This document shows, piece by piece, positions 12,427 through 25,251 of a DNA stretch of 64,000 nucleotides; position 1 is the first letter of the stretch, and each line of letters begins with the position of its first letter. Origin of the DNA: Cenococcum geophilum (lineage: Eukaryota); NCBI GenBank assembly GCA_050273025.1, contig CP158635.1, positions 12,524,001 through 12,588,000 on the forward strand, in the 5' to 3' direction. The translations under genes and the position numbers were made by a program. The notes under the pieces are model-generated. The model ran no database searches. It was not told where the DNA came from and worked only from the letters and a program-made list of their open reading frames with translations.

Positions 12427-14486
12427 GTAGGGTATATATAAACCTAATAAATGCTCGGCTGTAGTTTAAAGGTAAAACTTAACTAAACCTAGTATCTTAG
12501 AGCTCGTCTCCTAGTACTAAGTAATCGCCTTTTTAAGCCCTTTAACGTTATAGCCGCTAGTAATTATAAATAGGCCTTAATTAATAAAGTTAACGCGTTA
12601 AATCTAGTCCTTATTACGGCGGACGCTATCTAGTACTATTAAGAGCTTTACCCCCTATAGCGGCTATAAGGTCTTACCTTTTAACTACTACGCGTAAAGC
12701 TTAGTAATAGCGGAGACGTAGCCTTTTATAACTAAGTATTAGACTATTTTGTTAAATAAGGCGTTTAGGGCCTCCTTGTCCTATATCTCCCCTTCCTCCT
12801 TTATAGCTTCCTCCCCTATACCTACAGCTGCCCCTATAGCTACCTATTTAATATATATAAAGAGCTTCTAGAGCCCTCTTTAATAGATAGAGTTCTTATT
12901 CCTAATTGTCCGTTTAATAGTTAGATATATATAAATTTAGTAATAATAAGGTTAATAATTAGGAGGACGTTAAGAATTATAATATATTATATATTATATA
13001 AGCTTATACTACACGGTATATTATATAGTATATTATATAGTATACATATATAATATTCCGACTTATACTATGTATTTACACCCCTAGTATATTAGATATA
13101 TAGCCTAACGAAGCTTTATACGAAGAAAAATATTTATACTAGCTTACTATTCTCTACCTAGTATTGAGAAATACCTCCTATATAACAAAGACAACAACTT
13201 TTATATACTGTCTTGCGATGCACTATAACACTGAGAGGGAACGTCAGCAGGGCTCCCACTGATATCTCTTATCGCTTATAAATATTGCTAAGATTAGAAA
13301 GTATTATTTTACTACTACTCTTTAAAGATATCTTTAGGATATTTTTATTAGGCTTTTTATATATTTATATATAAAAATATCTATATTAATAAATATACTA
13401 GTAATAAAAAGTCCTAGTGCTCCTTATGAACGAATATTCGCCCGAAATATTCGTTCATTCATCACTGGGACCCCTGGGAATGTGTAATTGGGCTTGTCAT
13501 GTAGAGACCTGGTTAGACGGTATGGTAGGCTATTACCCTGCTAGCTTGAAAGATCACAAATACTCAAAGCTTATACTAGTCCTCATGTTGTTTGGAATAG
13601 AAAAGCGCGGCAGCCGGGCGGATCTCGTTGAAATGCCGCAGTGAAATGAATCTTCACGTCCTCTGCCTGAGCCTATCACTGCTGATGAGCATGCGCAACT
13701 TTGTGGAACCTATGCTTGCCACTCCAGCCTGTTTCCGATATATTCTCACCGACACTACAGATTTGGCAGTGCCTCCGTGACTGTTGTAGTGCCCGATTTA
13801 AACAGAAATTGCCAACTCAATCTTCATCTGCATCAGGAGCACAAGCGAGACGTAGTGGTGCTGATACGGAATTCCCCGAACATACATCACGCGCACAAAT
13901 GTGAGGTAGGAAAGCAACATTTTTCTATTTTGGCAGATTCAAATGTATTATCAATGGTTCCTTGGAAGACTGCTAACAAGTTAGAAACGAACGTGACCCT
14001 AAAGACGGCGTCCAGAAACAGGGCAACAGCAGTTCACTGCGTATTCAAATGAACTCGAACGCTTTTCGGAGTTCTTCTCGGGATTTTGACTGGCGCCACG
14101 TTATCTGCGGCGAGCTTTGAGGAGCTAACAATAACCACGTCTTTCTTGCCAACACGGTGTTGGTGGGTTGAACTGAGGGTGATTGGAGCTGCAAGCTCGT
14201 GATAATATGTGGTAATGAATAGATAAAATTGACTTGCATCAAACCAGCTACATTTATGGCTAACAATCGAAGTAGGAATTAAGGTCGAGCGGCATGGATC
14301 TGGGGTAGTGGTGTTCATTACTCTATATAAGATTCAAGATTGGATAGTACTTCAACGGCCGCCGGGCCCGCTTATCTGGCCTTTTTAAGTACAAAAGCGA
14401 GCCGCCCGCCATTATCTTACTTGCCCTGCCTGGATGCCAACGCGATGCACGAACGCTAGACCATATATTTTACGGTACCGTAATCC

Positions 14487-16153
14487 TCAGCCTAGGAAGT
14501 CTTTGACGCTTCCTCCCACGTTTTCTAAGTCCAGGAGGAAGGTATCATGTCCAAACAAACTTTTCTCTTCGCCAAGCTCGATGTGAGTGACATTTCTGTT
14601 CCCCGTGCGCCTTATTGTCGTGGCAATCTCTCGCTGCTGCCACGCTGGAAATAGGATGTCGCTGGCGACTCCTAGGACTAACGTTGGAGTGACCACGAGC
14701 GGCTTCAAACCAGCCACTAGATCTGGTGGTGGTTCGTGGGGATCAATTGCAGCAATGAGCTCGTTCTCAGGATTTGCTGTAGCGTCGGCAGACTGGTCTT
14801 GCTCCTCATATGGGTTGTCGGGAAGTGTAAGGTTGCATAAGTCGCCATTTGCATTAGCATTGATATTCTGACCTGCCACGAATGCTTGCAGTTTCCCTTC
14901 GTTCTTTGCTCTGAGTTTGTTTATTCGATTCCGATGCTCCTGGCCAAGATCAAAGAGGTCCATGGCTTTTGAAACGTAGAGTAAGCTGTTAGGATCATAT
15001 TCCAGGCACCACTTTTCGCCTGCATGATCAAGGTATGTTTCGATGAGGAAGTCTGGACAAAGCGCGGGAGGACGTGAAGGGTCAGCACGCCGACGTCCAA
15101 AACGTTGCTCCCATTCCGGACCACTTCGGTATGTAACAGTAGCAATTTCACGTGCAAGTTTCATGCCTCCATGAGGTGGTACCCCGTCATAGTAGAACCC
15201 TCGAGACCAGTTAGGGTCCATCATGAGCACTACAAGCACGGAAGCGTTAGCAAAAGTCCTGCTCATGGATGGGCAGAGGACCTACCTTGCCGTTGCGTAT
15301 GTCTCATAGCGATACTGTACGGATGGCTACGTGCGCAGCCGCTTATGCTAACTATACGCCCTACTCGCTCGGAGAAAAGGACACCGGCAGCGAGACTCTG
15401 CATGCCACCCATACTAGATCCAACGCTGGCATAAAGCTTCTCAATCCCCAGCGCATCGAGTAGCCTAAACTGGGCCCGGACCATGTCCTCCATAGTTAGA
15501 ATGGGAAACCGAGTAGCGTACCGTTCCCCGTTTGCGGGGTCGATAGACGAGGGTCCAGTCGAGCCATAGCAGCCTCCTATGACGTTCGTACAGATGACGA
15601 AGTATTTGTCCGTGTCTAAAGGCTTCCCGGAGCCAATAAATTTCTCCCACCACCCTGGCTTGGGATTCGCTTCTGTGCTGTGCGCATGGCTGGATGCCGA
15701 CAGTCCAGTGTGCAGAAGTATTGCATTGCTCTTCTCTTTGTTCAAGGTGCCCCAGGTCTCGTATGCTACGTTAAATTCCGGGAGTACACCACCCCAATCT
15801 AAAAGTAAAGGCTGACGCGAGTAGAAACTCTGGTGATTTCCAGTGGTATACGAAGGTTCGGGGCCTGAGAGGGAGCGGCGGGATAATGAAGCGGACCTAG
15901 ATTCTACAGCGTCAAGACAGGGAAATGAGAGTGCAGGGTTCGTAGATTCGTATGCTTGTGATTCCGTGGCGGTTGCGGTTGCACTTTGGGCTTTGAGAGG
16001 CGCTCGTTGATGTAAATTCCTCGAAGCTTGAGTTGATTGCCATCGGGCCGAGGAAGAGGACGGAGTGAGTCGATGCACAATGTTGCGTATGGGTTGGGTA
16101 GGAGGACGAAATGCTGGCCGCGCAGCAGCTACCACGCTACGGGGGAGGTTCAT
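14487..16153 (-). CDS. Serine O-succinyltransferase / homoserine O-acyltransferase family alpha/beta hydrolase (A. nidulans CysA / S. pombe Cys2-like); exons 15286-16153 and 14487-15229; 536 aa
   Basis: Motifs [19 protein letters not shown], nucleophile GSSMGG and C-terminal GHDTFLL. A GT-AG intron at 15230-15285 with a GCTAAC branch site joins the two ORFs in frame (1611 nt). The Arg/Ser-rich N-terminus resembles a mitochondrial presequence. Confidence 0.92.
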
Positions 16154-16579
16154 GACTCTTGGACAGTAGGAGAAATACTACCGCATCCTCTGGAGATAGA
16201 AGTTGGGGTAATACTCTCATGGTTGACGCCATTTCGGTGTCTGGTCAGCCAAATGGCACTGATCCAGCCATTCAGCGTTAGATTGAATTGCGTTATCCCA
16301 TAAACCAAATCCTTCGTTGGCGTGCACGGACGAGCTGCGCCCAACGAAATCTTCTTAGATAAGAATTGCGTTGCTTCGGAACATTGAAAGCAATTTTCCG
16401 CCGGGTCTTTGCCCTCCTCCCCTTGGCCCAACTTCAACACCATGAACAACTCTACACGTATCTTAAAGACGAAAGAAAAATTGCCATGTAATTCCTAGAC
16501 TACACGCAACATACCACTATGCATGGCAGTAAAACTGCCAAGACTGCCGGCATTTACGAAGAACTATCTTCTCTGGATA

Positions 16580-16876
16580 TCCCTTCCGCTAGTGACGTCC
16601 TACACCATCTGGCACATCCGGTTGAAAGCGCGTGTTGATCTTGGTAATCAAGCGGCAGAATTTATACCTTTTAGAGTAATAAGCACGGCCATTTTACCTT
16701 GTTTTGGGTACAAATCTACGCATTTTGATTAGCGTGATCGACACCCGCAGTTGAAGTGGACCGTGCGCGAACACCAGAATCAAAAGTACGCGTATGATCA
16801 CGAAGCCTTAATCATATTGATCCTATTGGCCAGCTCTTATCGATAACGGTAGGACGAAATACACCAGCGGAAGGGA
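16580..16876. mobile_element. MITE-like element, long copy
   Basis: TIRs tcccttccgctagtg / caccagcggaaggga flanked by TA on both sides. The last ~115 bp match 17089-17205. Confidence 0.65.
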
Positions 16877-17064
16877 TAAGACACTTCTGTTTCTTGGGCT
16901 TACACCATTTGCTCTAGACACAACGATGATAAATCTCAAAATATTCAAACTTGTAATCACCTGCGGCTTGCGATAATCATCATACCGAATTTGTATTCTT
17001 CTCCTTTCTGCTTGACATGCTAACGCATTGCTCATAACCTTATTTCTACTGCCCTGGATGCTTA

Positions 17065-17205
17065 TCCCTTCGGCTGGTAAGGTTCTACGACCGTGCGCGA
17101 ACACCAGAATCAAAAATATGCGTATGGTCACGGAGCCTTGATCCTATTGATTCTATTGGCTGGCTCTTATCGATAACCTAGGACCAAATCTACCAGCCGA
17201 AGGGA
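17065..17205. mobile_element. MITE-like element, short copy of the same family
   Basis: Perfect 15-bp TIR tcccttcggctggta / taccagccgaaggga flanked by TA on both sides. Confidence 0.7.
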
Positions 17206-17757
17206 TATTAAAATTTCATGGCATGAGTGTTTACCACAGAAAGCTGCAGAGACCTTTTTTTTACCAATCGATTTCCACTTCTCCATGTTCAATATAACCA
17301 AAAGAAGTCAAGAGAACCAGTGCCGCCGGCTTGGCTATGGTGCGGGCCGGATGCCGAGAGTATTAATTTATCTGATGGTGTCGTTCAACTTTTCAAACAA
17401 GTCACGTCTTACCTTCTCCATACAGCGCCCTATAAACTCGATGCCGATCAATGCTAAACCCCACATGTTCCCCGATGTGGTGGGGTGGCGCAATTAAGCT
17501 TGTCAATCCTGGTAATATAAACGGTGCTTTTCGGCGGATCTAATCCCCCCATGTCGGCTGCTCCTCTCCTGAGACATGTTTCTTATTACCGATAATATGG
17601 AAAACTTCCGACGCCACCTCTACCCACACCGGTCTCGTCGCTTTCCATCTGGTCGCTAGGCTACATGTCAGTTGTCGGTAATTGGACATCTGATAACTCC
17701 TTGTAGCGAACACATGAAGTTCTAAGAAGCCTACCGACGCCCAGCCACATTCTCACC

Positions 17758-18515
17758 ATGAAGATATTTTGATAAAAGTTGTTCGAGTCTAACTTGGCCT
17801 CCAGACCTTACTTCCAATGATCTCAGATGTAATTCTGATGGTGAACCAGCAACGGGACTATGACAGCACCCACCGCCGCAGGGCCACCCGTAACCCCCAC
17901 AGCCGACGACGGATTCCCCTAAACCGGAACCAAGGACGATTAGCGGGGACCGACCCCCCGTAGCCGCAGTGTACCACCAAGGGCCAGTTTCTTTGTGAGA
18001 ATCTCTATAAAGCGTTTCCAGCAGTCAGACTACGCCGATTACGGTCGAACAGCTACACGACAAAAGTTGCCGACACAACTATTGCTAATGGCAGTACGCC
18101 GTGGTTCAAGATCAAAGACATTGGGCCAACCTTTCCGGAAGTGCAACGCATCCAAGCTCTACAAACATTCTAACTGTTGCGTAGGGGTGGCACCTGGGAT
18201 CTAGAGAGTAAGAACTGACTCTGCTGTGAACTGACTTGAGCTGATCTTCAAATAGAGAGCTACAGTGTCATCGTTCCCTCATGTTTAGCTGCAGGTGATT
18301 ACCTCCTCCGGATAGAGCAATCGGCTATTCACAACCCATGGCCTGCCGGCATCCCTTAGTTTTATCTCTTGCGCTCAGGTTAAGCCTACTCATCAAGCCC
18401 GTCCGGCGTGAGCATTCTAGGAGCATTCAAAGATACATATCCTGGATACACTATTTATATCTATAATAGCTTCAACATTTATACTGTTCCTGGCCCTGTA
18501 GTATGGACATGCTAA
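17758..18515 (+). pseudogene. AA9 (GH61) lytic polysaccharide monooxygenase pseudogene
   Basis: Exon remnants in order: [114 protein letters not shown]. There is an in-frame TAG at 18357-18359, frameshifts, and no recognisable His1 exon. Confidence 0.88.
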
Positions 18516-20547
18516 GGGGAGATGCTATAGTTGGTATCATGCGATACTAGAGTGACAAATTCATATTCTGTGCAGAATTCTTTGTATTTATATACCAACA
18601 ATATAAATGATTTCAGCGAACACGTAAGCTGGGAAATTGGTCATGTCGTCCAGGGTATATGATTTCACGGTTTTGGAACGAGCGCATGCGTTACGCTTTC
18701 CTTTGTTTACGGGGATTGCGTTGGAAATTACCCGTTCGATCAAGAACTTATATGACCAAAGCTTATTTCAGCTTCTGCTATACGTCGTTGTCGGCTCGGC
18801 CAAGATTTCTCGTGGCGCGAAGACTCTCCTCAGTACACAGAAGAGCTGATGGTAAAGCTTGGCTAGACTGCTCTAAAGCCTTGATTTTACAAAGTTTCGC
18901 AAGCATGCCCTCTGCTTATCGCATTTGATGAGGATCCCAAGTACTATAGCGACTAAAACCCTGCAAATTCTAAAAGAACTGGCCAGGAGAAAGCAACTTT
19001 TAGAATAGAGTAACCAATTTTTGATGGTAAATGCAAGGACACGACACGCTTGCCCGTCGATCACGCACGATCATATATAGTAAATTTAGGGGCAAATCGC
19101 CTCCATATCACAATCTGTTCAATCTGTCGCCCATTTTGTAATTAGTGGCGGCTACTACCGTGGCTCATTTGAATCTGTAATTGAATCGATTGTTCGGTAA
19201 GGCTCCAGATGAGGCCCCAGATTTGACTTCGCACAATGCGTGACTGACGTCGGTGAGCGATTCGAGTGAGCCCCTCTCTGCCACCAGGCCTCTATTGCGA
19301 CTCCCTACTTGGCGTAGTAATAGAAACTCCTCCTCGGCCAACGCCCTCTCTGCGATCGACATTTTCTACGCCTTCGCCCACCTCCCGTATGAGCGCCCCC
19401 CGGAAACAAGCTTATCGCGATCACGAAGGCTAAGATAATAACATTATATAAGGCTTGCAAATGCAATAGCAGTATCGCGATCGGGGCGTGTGGAGCCGCC
19501 ACATCACGAGAAGTCGTCACTTTGGCGCGTAAACGAGAGCTCCAGATTAATACGGAATAGAACAGGAACTCGACGCTACATATTAAAATGGTGCCAAGAA
19601 CCTCATTTCAACTACTATATACAGTATAGCCTGCAAATTTGACGCGCTTACCGATATGGAGGAGCTTCAGACTCAGATCTACCGAACGACCACCTCATAT
19701 TCAGATTTGAGCTTCATATCGGTTACAAATATTGAATATGGAGGTTGCAACCGAACAGCCCCTTATTAGCCACCCATCACTCTGCAGGATTCGTAATGAC
19801 GCTTCACTGCAGAGAACAACTGAGCACTACGCTTCTTTTACAGAGTTGAAAGAAACCTTGGGCGCACGTAGATTCGCAAATGCGGAAAAGCGCGGGTGGC
19901 GGGCTGAAAAGGGAGGCGAAGGGTTTGACATCGCAATACAGAATCGAAGCTCCCACAGAATCGCCGTCCTTCAGCCCAGGAACCAAGAGTTACCTATTAA
20001 TAAGTAGCCTCAAACTTTGTGCAAGATTCAGACCGCATCAGTACAATGCAGGGGAATAATGCGGTCGTGTGCTGGTGCAGATGAGGCGTTCCCTTGGTCA
20101 TCCGCTTGCTGGGCGTTTATTGAAGTTGGCCTTACAACTTCTGCCAGAACCGCCGACCATACCATACCCTGACTTGTCTGTCGTTCACACCAACATCAAC
20201 ACCACCAACATATAGTTCAAATTCCTACTCCCCCCCTCCTTCCTCGAGCCAGTGTTTCTGCGAACACAAGCGCCTTCAGCTCGTAACCAAAGCGCGGCTG
20301 GCTGGCCGCGACTCCAGAAGGTCTCGCAGTTCACTCTTCACACTTCGAAACACTAGCTCACCTCCTCAACATACCCGAAAACATCTATCTTGCACACTCT
20401 TTCAGGACCGTCTGGCCGGCTCGAATGCCCCAGCACAGCGCTGTTCCTGCCGCTCACAATACATAGAGGCGTTGACGGTCCAGAGCAGCGAGCGCTGCGT
20501 TCGGGCCCCCACTCAGCGCATACCTCAAATTGGATCAGCAATCTTCC

Positions 20548-22847
20548 ATGATGGACGAAAACTACTCCAGACTCGACGACAGTGGGCGTACTAGCCCGGA
20601 TCTCCACCTCGATATTGACGGGGCCATGGTTGTCTCCCCTTCTACACTAACCGGAACGCCAACCATGTTTTCTTCACCGACTTCGCGCACACGAAAGCGA
20701 GGCATGATGTCGCGCTCAGCACCACGACCGATCCATACTCCCAGTCCACTCCCTTCTTCCAGCATACCACATAATCTTCTACCGTCCGCGCCTGCATCAC
20801 CGCCGACGCCGGCTCCAAGCCCGACACCCACACAGAGAGCGCCGGACTGGAGCACAGCAGCGGAACATGAAGATTCGCAAGTCAGAGATATTCGGGCCTT
20901 GTTCAGCGACATGAATGAAGCAGAGCAGCAGCGGCTGTTAGGCGAGCTCCTGAACATGTGCAATAGCCACCAGCTCAGCTTCGTGGCCGAATTTGTCAGC
21001 CCAAGGTTGAAGAAGGACCCCTTCATGACACTTCCAACGGAGCTCTGCTTACGTGTACGTATTCAACACGCTCGATGGTAACAGGCAGTTTCTGACATTA
21101 CTATATATAGATCCTGAAGTTCTTTGACGAGCCTACGACTCTCGTTCGTTCCTCGCAAGTCTCAAAGCGGTGGCGCGAACTAGTCAGTGATGACATGGCC
21201 TGGAAATCACTTTGCGAAAAACATTCGTACCGCAAACTGTCAAAAGATGATGAGGACGAGCCTTACGATAGGGACATGCCAGACGACGATGATGACTCCT
21301 TCAATCCGTCCTGGGCGCGAGGCACAACCGGGGAGCCTTCACACACCATGGAACTTAGCAAGTCTACTGGGGACCACACAGGCCAGAGCAACGGTGCGCG
21401 CGTAACGGAGTATCTGAGAACTCAAAGTCTAGACAGAGCTGGTAAAAAGAGACAACATCGTAGACCGAAGGCCATGACATACAAGTCACATTTCAAGCAG
21501 CGGTATATGGTGGAGACAGCCTGGCGATCAGGAGGCAAATGCGACTCACGTCAAATTACTCCTGATCAAGGTGTCGTGACTAGCCTGCACTTAACACCCA
21601 AGCATATTGTCGTAGCCTTGGATAATGCGAAAATCCATGTTTTTGATGTCGACGGCTATCACCAGAAGACACTCCAGGGGCACGTCATGGGAGTATGGGC
21701 CATGGTTCCGTGGGGCGATCTCCTAGTGAGTGGTGGTTGCGATAGGGATGTCCGGGTTTGGAATCTTCTCACAGGGTATGTTCCTTGGTGTCATTTCCCA
21801 GTAGCAATATGCGTGCACTAACAGGGTATCCTTCTATGCAGTCTCCCCGTACACACTCTCCGCGGCCACACCTCTACTGTGAGGTGTCTCAAGATGTCTG
21901 ATGCTAACACGGCCATTTCCGGCTCGAGAGACACGACTCTACGAATTTGGGATCTCAAGAAGGGTATTTGCAAGCATGTCCTCGTTGGACATCAAGCTAG
22001 TGTACGCTGCCTTGAGATATACGGTGATTTGATTGTATCTGGGAGCTACGATACCACAGCTAGAATTTGGAGTATCTCCGAGGGTAGGTGTCTACGGAGT
22101 CTCACAGGCCATTTCAGCCAGATTTACGCCATTGCTTTCGACGGGAAAAAGATCGCTACGGGGAGTCTTGACACCAGTGTGCGAATTTGGGATCCTACAG
22201 ACGGGTATGTTAGTGTGAAATCCATGACGTGTAACAATTGCCGACATGCAATGTTTTAGGAAATGCTTGGCCGTGCTGCAAGGCCATACATCTTTGGTTG
22301 GACAACTCCAGATGAGAGAAGATATCCTTGTCACCGGAGGCTCCGACGGCTCGGTGCGAGTTTGGTCATTGACAGACTACCAACCTATCCATCGGTTGGC
22401 AGCTCATGACAACAGCGTTACCAGCCTGCAGTTTGATAACACGCGGATTGTCAGCGGCGGCAGCGATGGGCGTGTCAAGGTCTGGGACTTGAAGAAAGGG
22501 ACGTTGGTAAGGGAACTCAGTTCCCCAGCAGAAGCAGTCTGGAGGGTGGTATTCGAAGAGGAGAAGGCAGTCATCATGGCTAGTCGTGGGGGCAAGACCA
22601 TCATGGAGGTGAGTATGCGCAGGTTTGCAGTGCAAAGATATGACAGCGCCAAATTTACTTTGCATATGACTAATGGACTATATAGGTCTGGTCGTTTTCG
22701 CCTCCTGAAGATGAATACATGGATGGCTACCGTTCAAGTAGCCCTGTAAGCATGCTGGATCACTCGACAGACGATTACAATGCGCGAAGCGCTTCCGAAT
22801 CCGCATCAACGGATATCAACATGACAGATGCCGCAGAGAACTGCTGA
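20548..22847 (+). CDS. F-box/WD40-repeat SCF substrate adaptor (Cdc4/Fbw7-like superfamily); exons 20548-21054, 21111-21775, 21842-22204, 22260-22608, 22686-22847; ~681 aa
   Basis: F-box DPFMTLPTELCLR|ILKFFD...SQVSKRWRELVSDDMAW. Multiple GH...SGS.D.T.RIW WD repeats. Four GT-AG introns give a 2046-nt frame. Confidence 0.92.
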
Positions 22848-23885
22848 GCAGCCGGTTTTACTCTCCGCGAGACTATTACAATGCGCAATCGTCTCTCATC
22901 CATACAGCACTTTATTAGAATGCGAGTTGAACTCGCGCAGCGACTGCTCCTTTTCCTTAGTCAGGATGTCGATTACGGAGACCTCATGCAGAATTATTTT
23001 CCTTTGTCGATATTTGCAAACAGGCTTCGATTGCACAAAGCCACGAGCCTCTGCCCTTTGATTTCGCGGCTATGGGTGCATGAGGTAGACTTTTGGTCCT
23101 CCAGCGAAATAACAGCATAGGGCTCATTGGCTTTTGGAGAGGTTTGGCATAATCTCTCGGCATTGCACAGTTGGGTTCTAAGAGTAGGAATCCTTTGATA
23201 GGAATTGTTTTTGCGATTGGGAACTGCGTATGGGAAATATTCGGGACGACACTCAAGCATTTGTGGGCGTTTTCTGCATCCACTGGGCGGCTACGAGGCG
23301 TGTAGCTTGGCTATTTTTAACCCGGCTGATTTTGCCTTGTTGGCTGCGATTAGGACTTTCATGTTGGGGACAATTTTTGGAGAATACATTTTGAAGAACA
23401 TTTACCAATAGGAAATAGCATTGAAGATTTGACTGGTGTAGTTGATTCCACATGCGTGCCCGGATGGGCGAAGAGTCGTATGCTTTGGCGTGCGCTGAGC
23501 GGTTGGCTGGCCCCATAAGTCAAGCCTTTTGGGTAAGCACTGGCTCACGGGAACGGGTGGGTTTGTGCGAGAACCTTGCTAGCCACTGCCAGCATGTAAG
23601 CCATCTTGGCAGAATTTATGGGCTCCCAATACGTCACCAGCACTGGAGATAACGGAAGACGCGGATTCCAAGGCGAGCGAGCTGCAACAAAATCGCGACT
23701 CTCCCTCAGTAAGCAACCATTGTCGCAATTCCCTCGGCCGTCAATTTCCTCGCTGTCTCCCCTGTCCATTGCTTTGGTTATATACTCCCCCGTTCCCGCA
23801 ACTGGACCCTCGCTTCTGACTCCTCCACTCCCCTCACATCCGGCAATCCAAGCTTCACGATCGACAGGCACTCGACGCGCAAACA

Positions 23886-25251
23886 ATGTCTTCGAAAATA
23901 GAAGCAATGAGGCCTCAACGCAAGATTGAAATGTTTTCAGGCACCTATTTTGCCGCATGCACGCTTGGTGGTATCGTGGGTGAGCACATCTCTGAATGAC
24001 CTGCTGAATTGCATCTGTTTACACACCAATGCAGCTTGCGGGCCAACACATACAGCCGTCACGCCCCTCGACCTCGTAAGGCTATCTCCTGCAACTACTC
24101 TCAATTCATTCTGGAGCAAGCAAATCTAGAACTTTATGATTGACACGTGAGGAGGACGTGTTCCTAACACATACTACCAGGTAAAATGCCGCCGTCAAGT
24201 GGACCCTAAATCATACTCCTCCAACTTGCAAGCCTGGCGCACAATCTATTCATCTGAAGGCATCCGTGGCATATTCTTCGGTTGGACTCCTACCTTCGTT
24301 GCCTACTCCTTTCAAGGCGCTGGGAAATATGGGTTTTACGAAGTCTTCAAATACTTGTATGGAGATAAATTGGCTCCGAACGCGAACAGAACCATTGTGT
24401 ATCTAGCCGCAAGCGCCAGTGCAGAGTTCCTAGCGGATATTGCCCTCTGCCCATTCGAGGCGATCAAAGTGCGCATGCAGACGACCCTACCACCGTATGC
24501 AACCACTCTAAGAGAAGGGTGGAATAAAATCGTCGTGCAGGAGGGTTATGCAGGGTAAGTCCAGAAGATATTCAGACCTGTGTGACGTGCGGCTGACCAG
24601 AATTAGCTTGTATAAGGGCCTGTACCCACTATGGGGACGACAAGTACCGTATACGATGGTCAAATTTGCGACTTTTGAAAGTGCTGTGTCGCAGATTTAC
24701 AAGACTCTAGGGAAGCCGAAAGAACATTACAACGCGCTGCAGCAGACTGGGGTTGCGTTCCTTGGTGGTTACATCGCTGGCATTGGAGCTGCAGTTGTGT
24801 CCCATCCTGCTGGTATGAGAACCACCCTTCAGGGGCTTTGATAGCATACGCTGACTTGATCCCAGACGTGATGGTCTCGAAACTAAACAGTGACCGAAAA
24901 CGTGAGTCGACAAGCAATCTTCTAGAGGTGATGAGACTTGCCGTACTAACTGCCGTGTTTTCATAGCGGGGGAAGGTGCTGGACAGGCCATGGCGAGGAT
25001 ATATAGCAACATCGGATTCAGGGGTTTGTGGAACGGCCTCCCAGTGAGGATTGTCATGATTGGAACTTTAACTGTAAGAGGAGACAATGCAGTGCGCAGA
25101 ACTGTGACTCACCCTTCTCACAGGCATTCCAATGGTTTATTTATGATTCTTTCAAGGTTTATCTGGGAGTAAGCTTTCATCCGCAATTGTTCCGTGAGAA
25201 GTGCCGCGCTGATATGATGCCCCTTAGTTACCAACTACTGGAGGACACTGA
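23886..25251 (+). CDS. Mitochondrial phosphate carrier (SLC25, Pic2/Mir1 family); exons 23886-23979, 24035-24075, 24181-24554, 24607-24812, 24866-24901, 24967-25073, 25124-25168, 25228-25251; 308 aa
   Basis: Motifs [70 protein letters not shown] and [22 protein letters not shown]. Seven GT-AG introns give a 927-nt frame. Confidence 0.93.

Larger units (their letters stand above)
3690..12960 (-). mobile_element. Crypton (CryptonF-like tyrosine-recombinase DNA transposon) ORF remnant, RIP-degraded and split by a Gypsy insertion at 5442-12426; the ends are approximate
   Basis: Minus strand 5160-5270 reads GK*N*HGKVKYIGCI*NANPILYPLSIIAFYFFNH*G, matching the Ndc10-II/Crypton motif GKxNQxGK..E..CPLxAxAFYFFxRW. 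Minus strand 3800-3970 reads L*TK*TLGLAGRPLIKALN...*GVR*...FYSRHYKIIKDIRRR, a GCR1_C-like domain. Confidence 0.75.

Noticed and set aside
13417..14318. Short ORFs in the island margin
   Set aside because: No recognisable domain or consistent splice structure; a decayed gene cannot be excluded.
19095..19715. Scattered short inverted matches (cctccatatc/gatatggagg, gttcggta/taccgaac)
   Set aside because: Their order is not consistent with a single TIR pair and no TSD was found.
20548..22847. F-box/WD40 gene as the sulfur regulator sconB/MET30, clustered with the cysA-like gene
   Set aside because: I cannot see subfamily-diagnostic features, so no sulfur cluster or gene symbol is claimed without a phylogeny.
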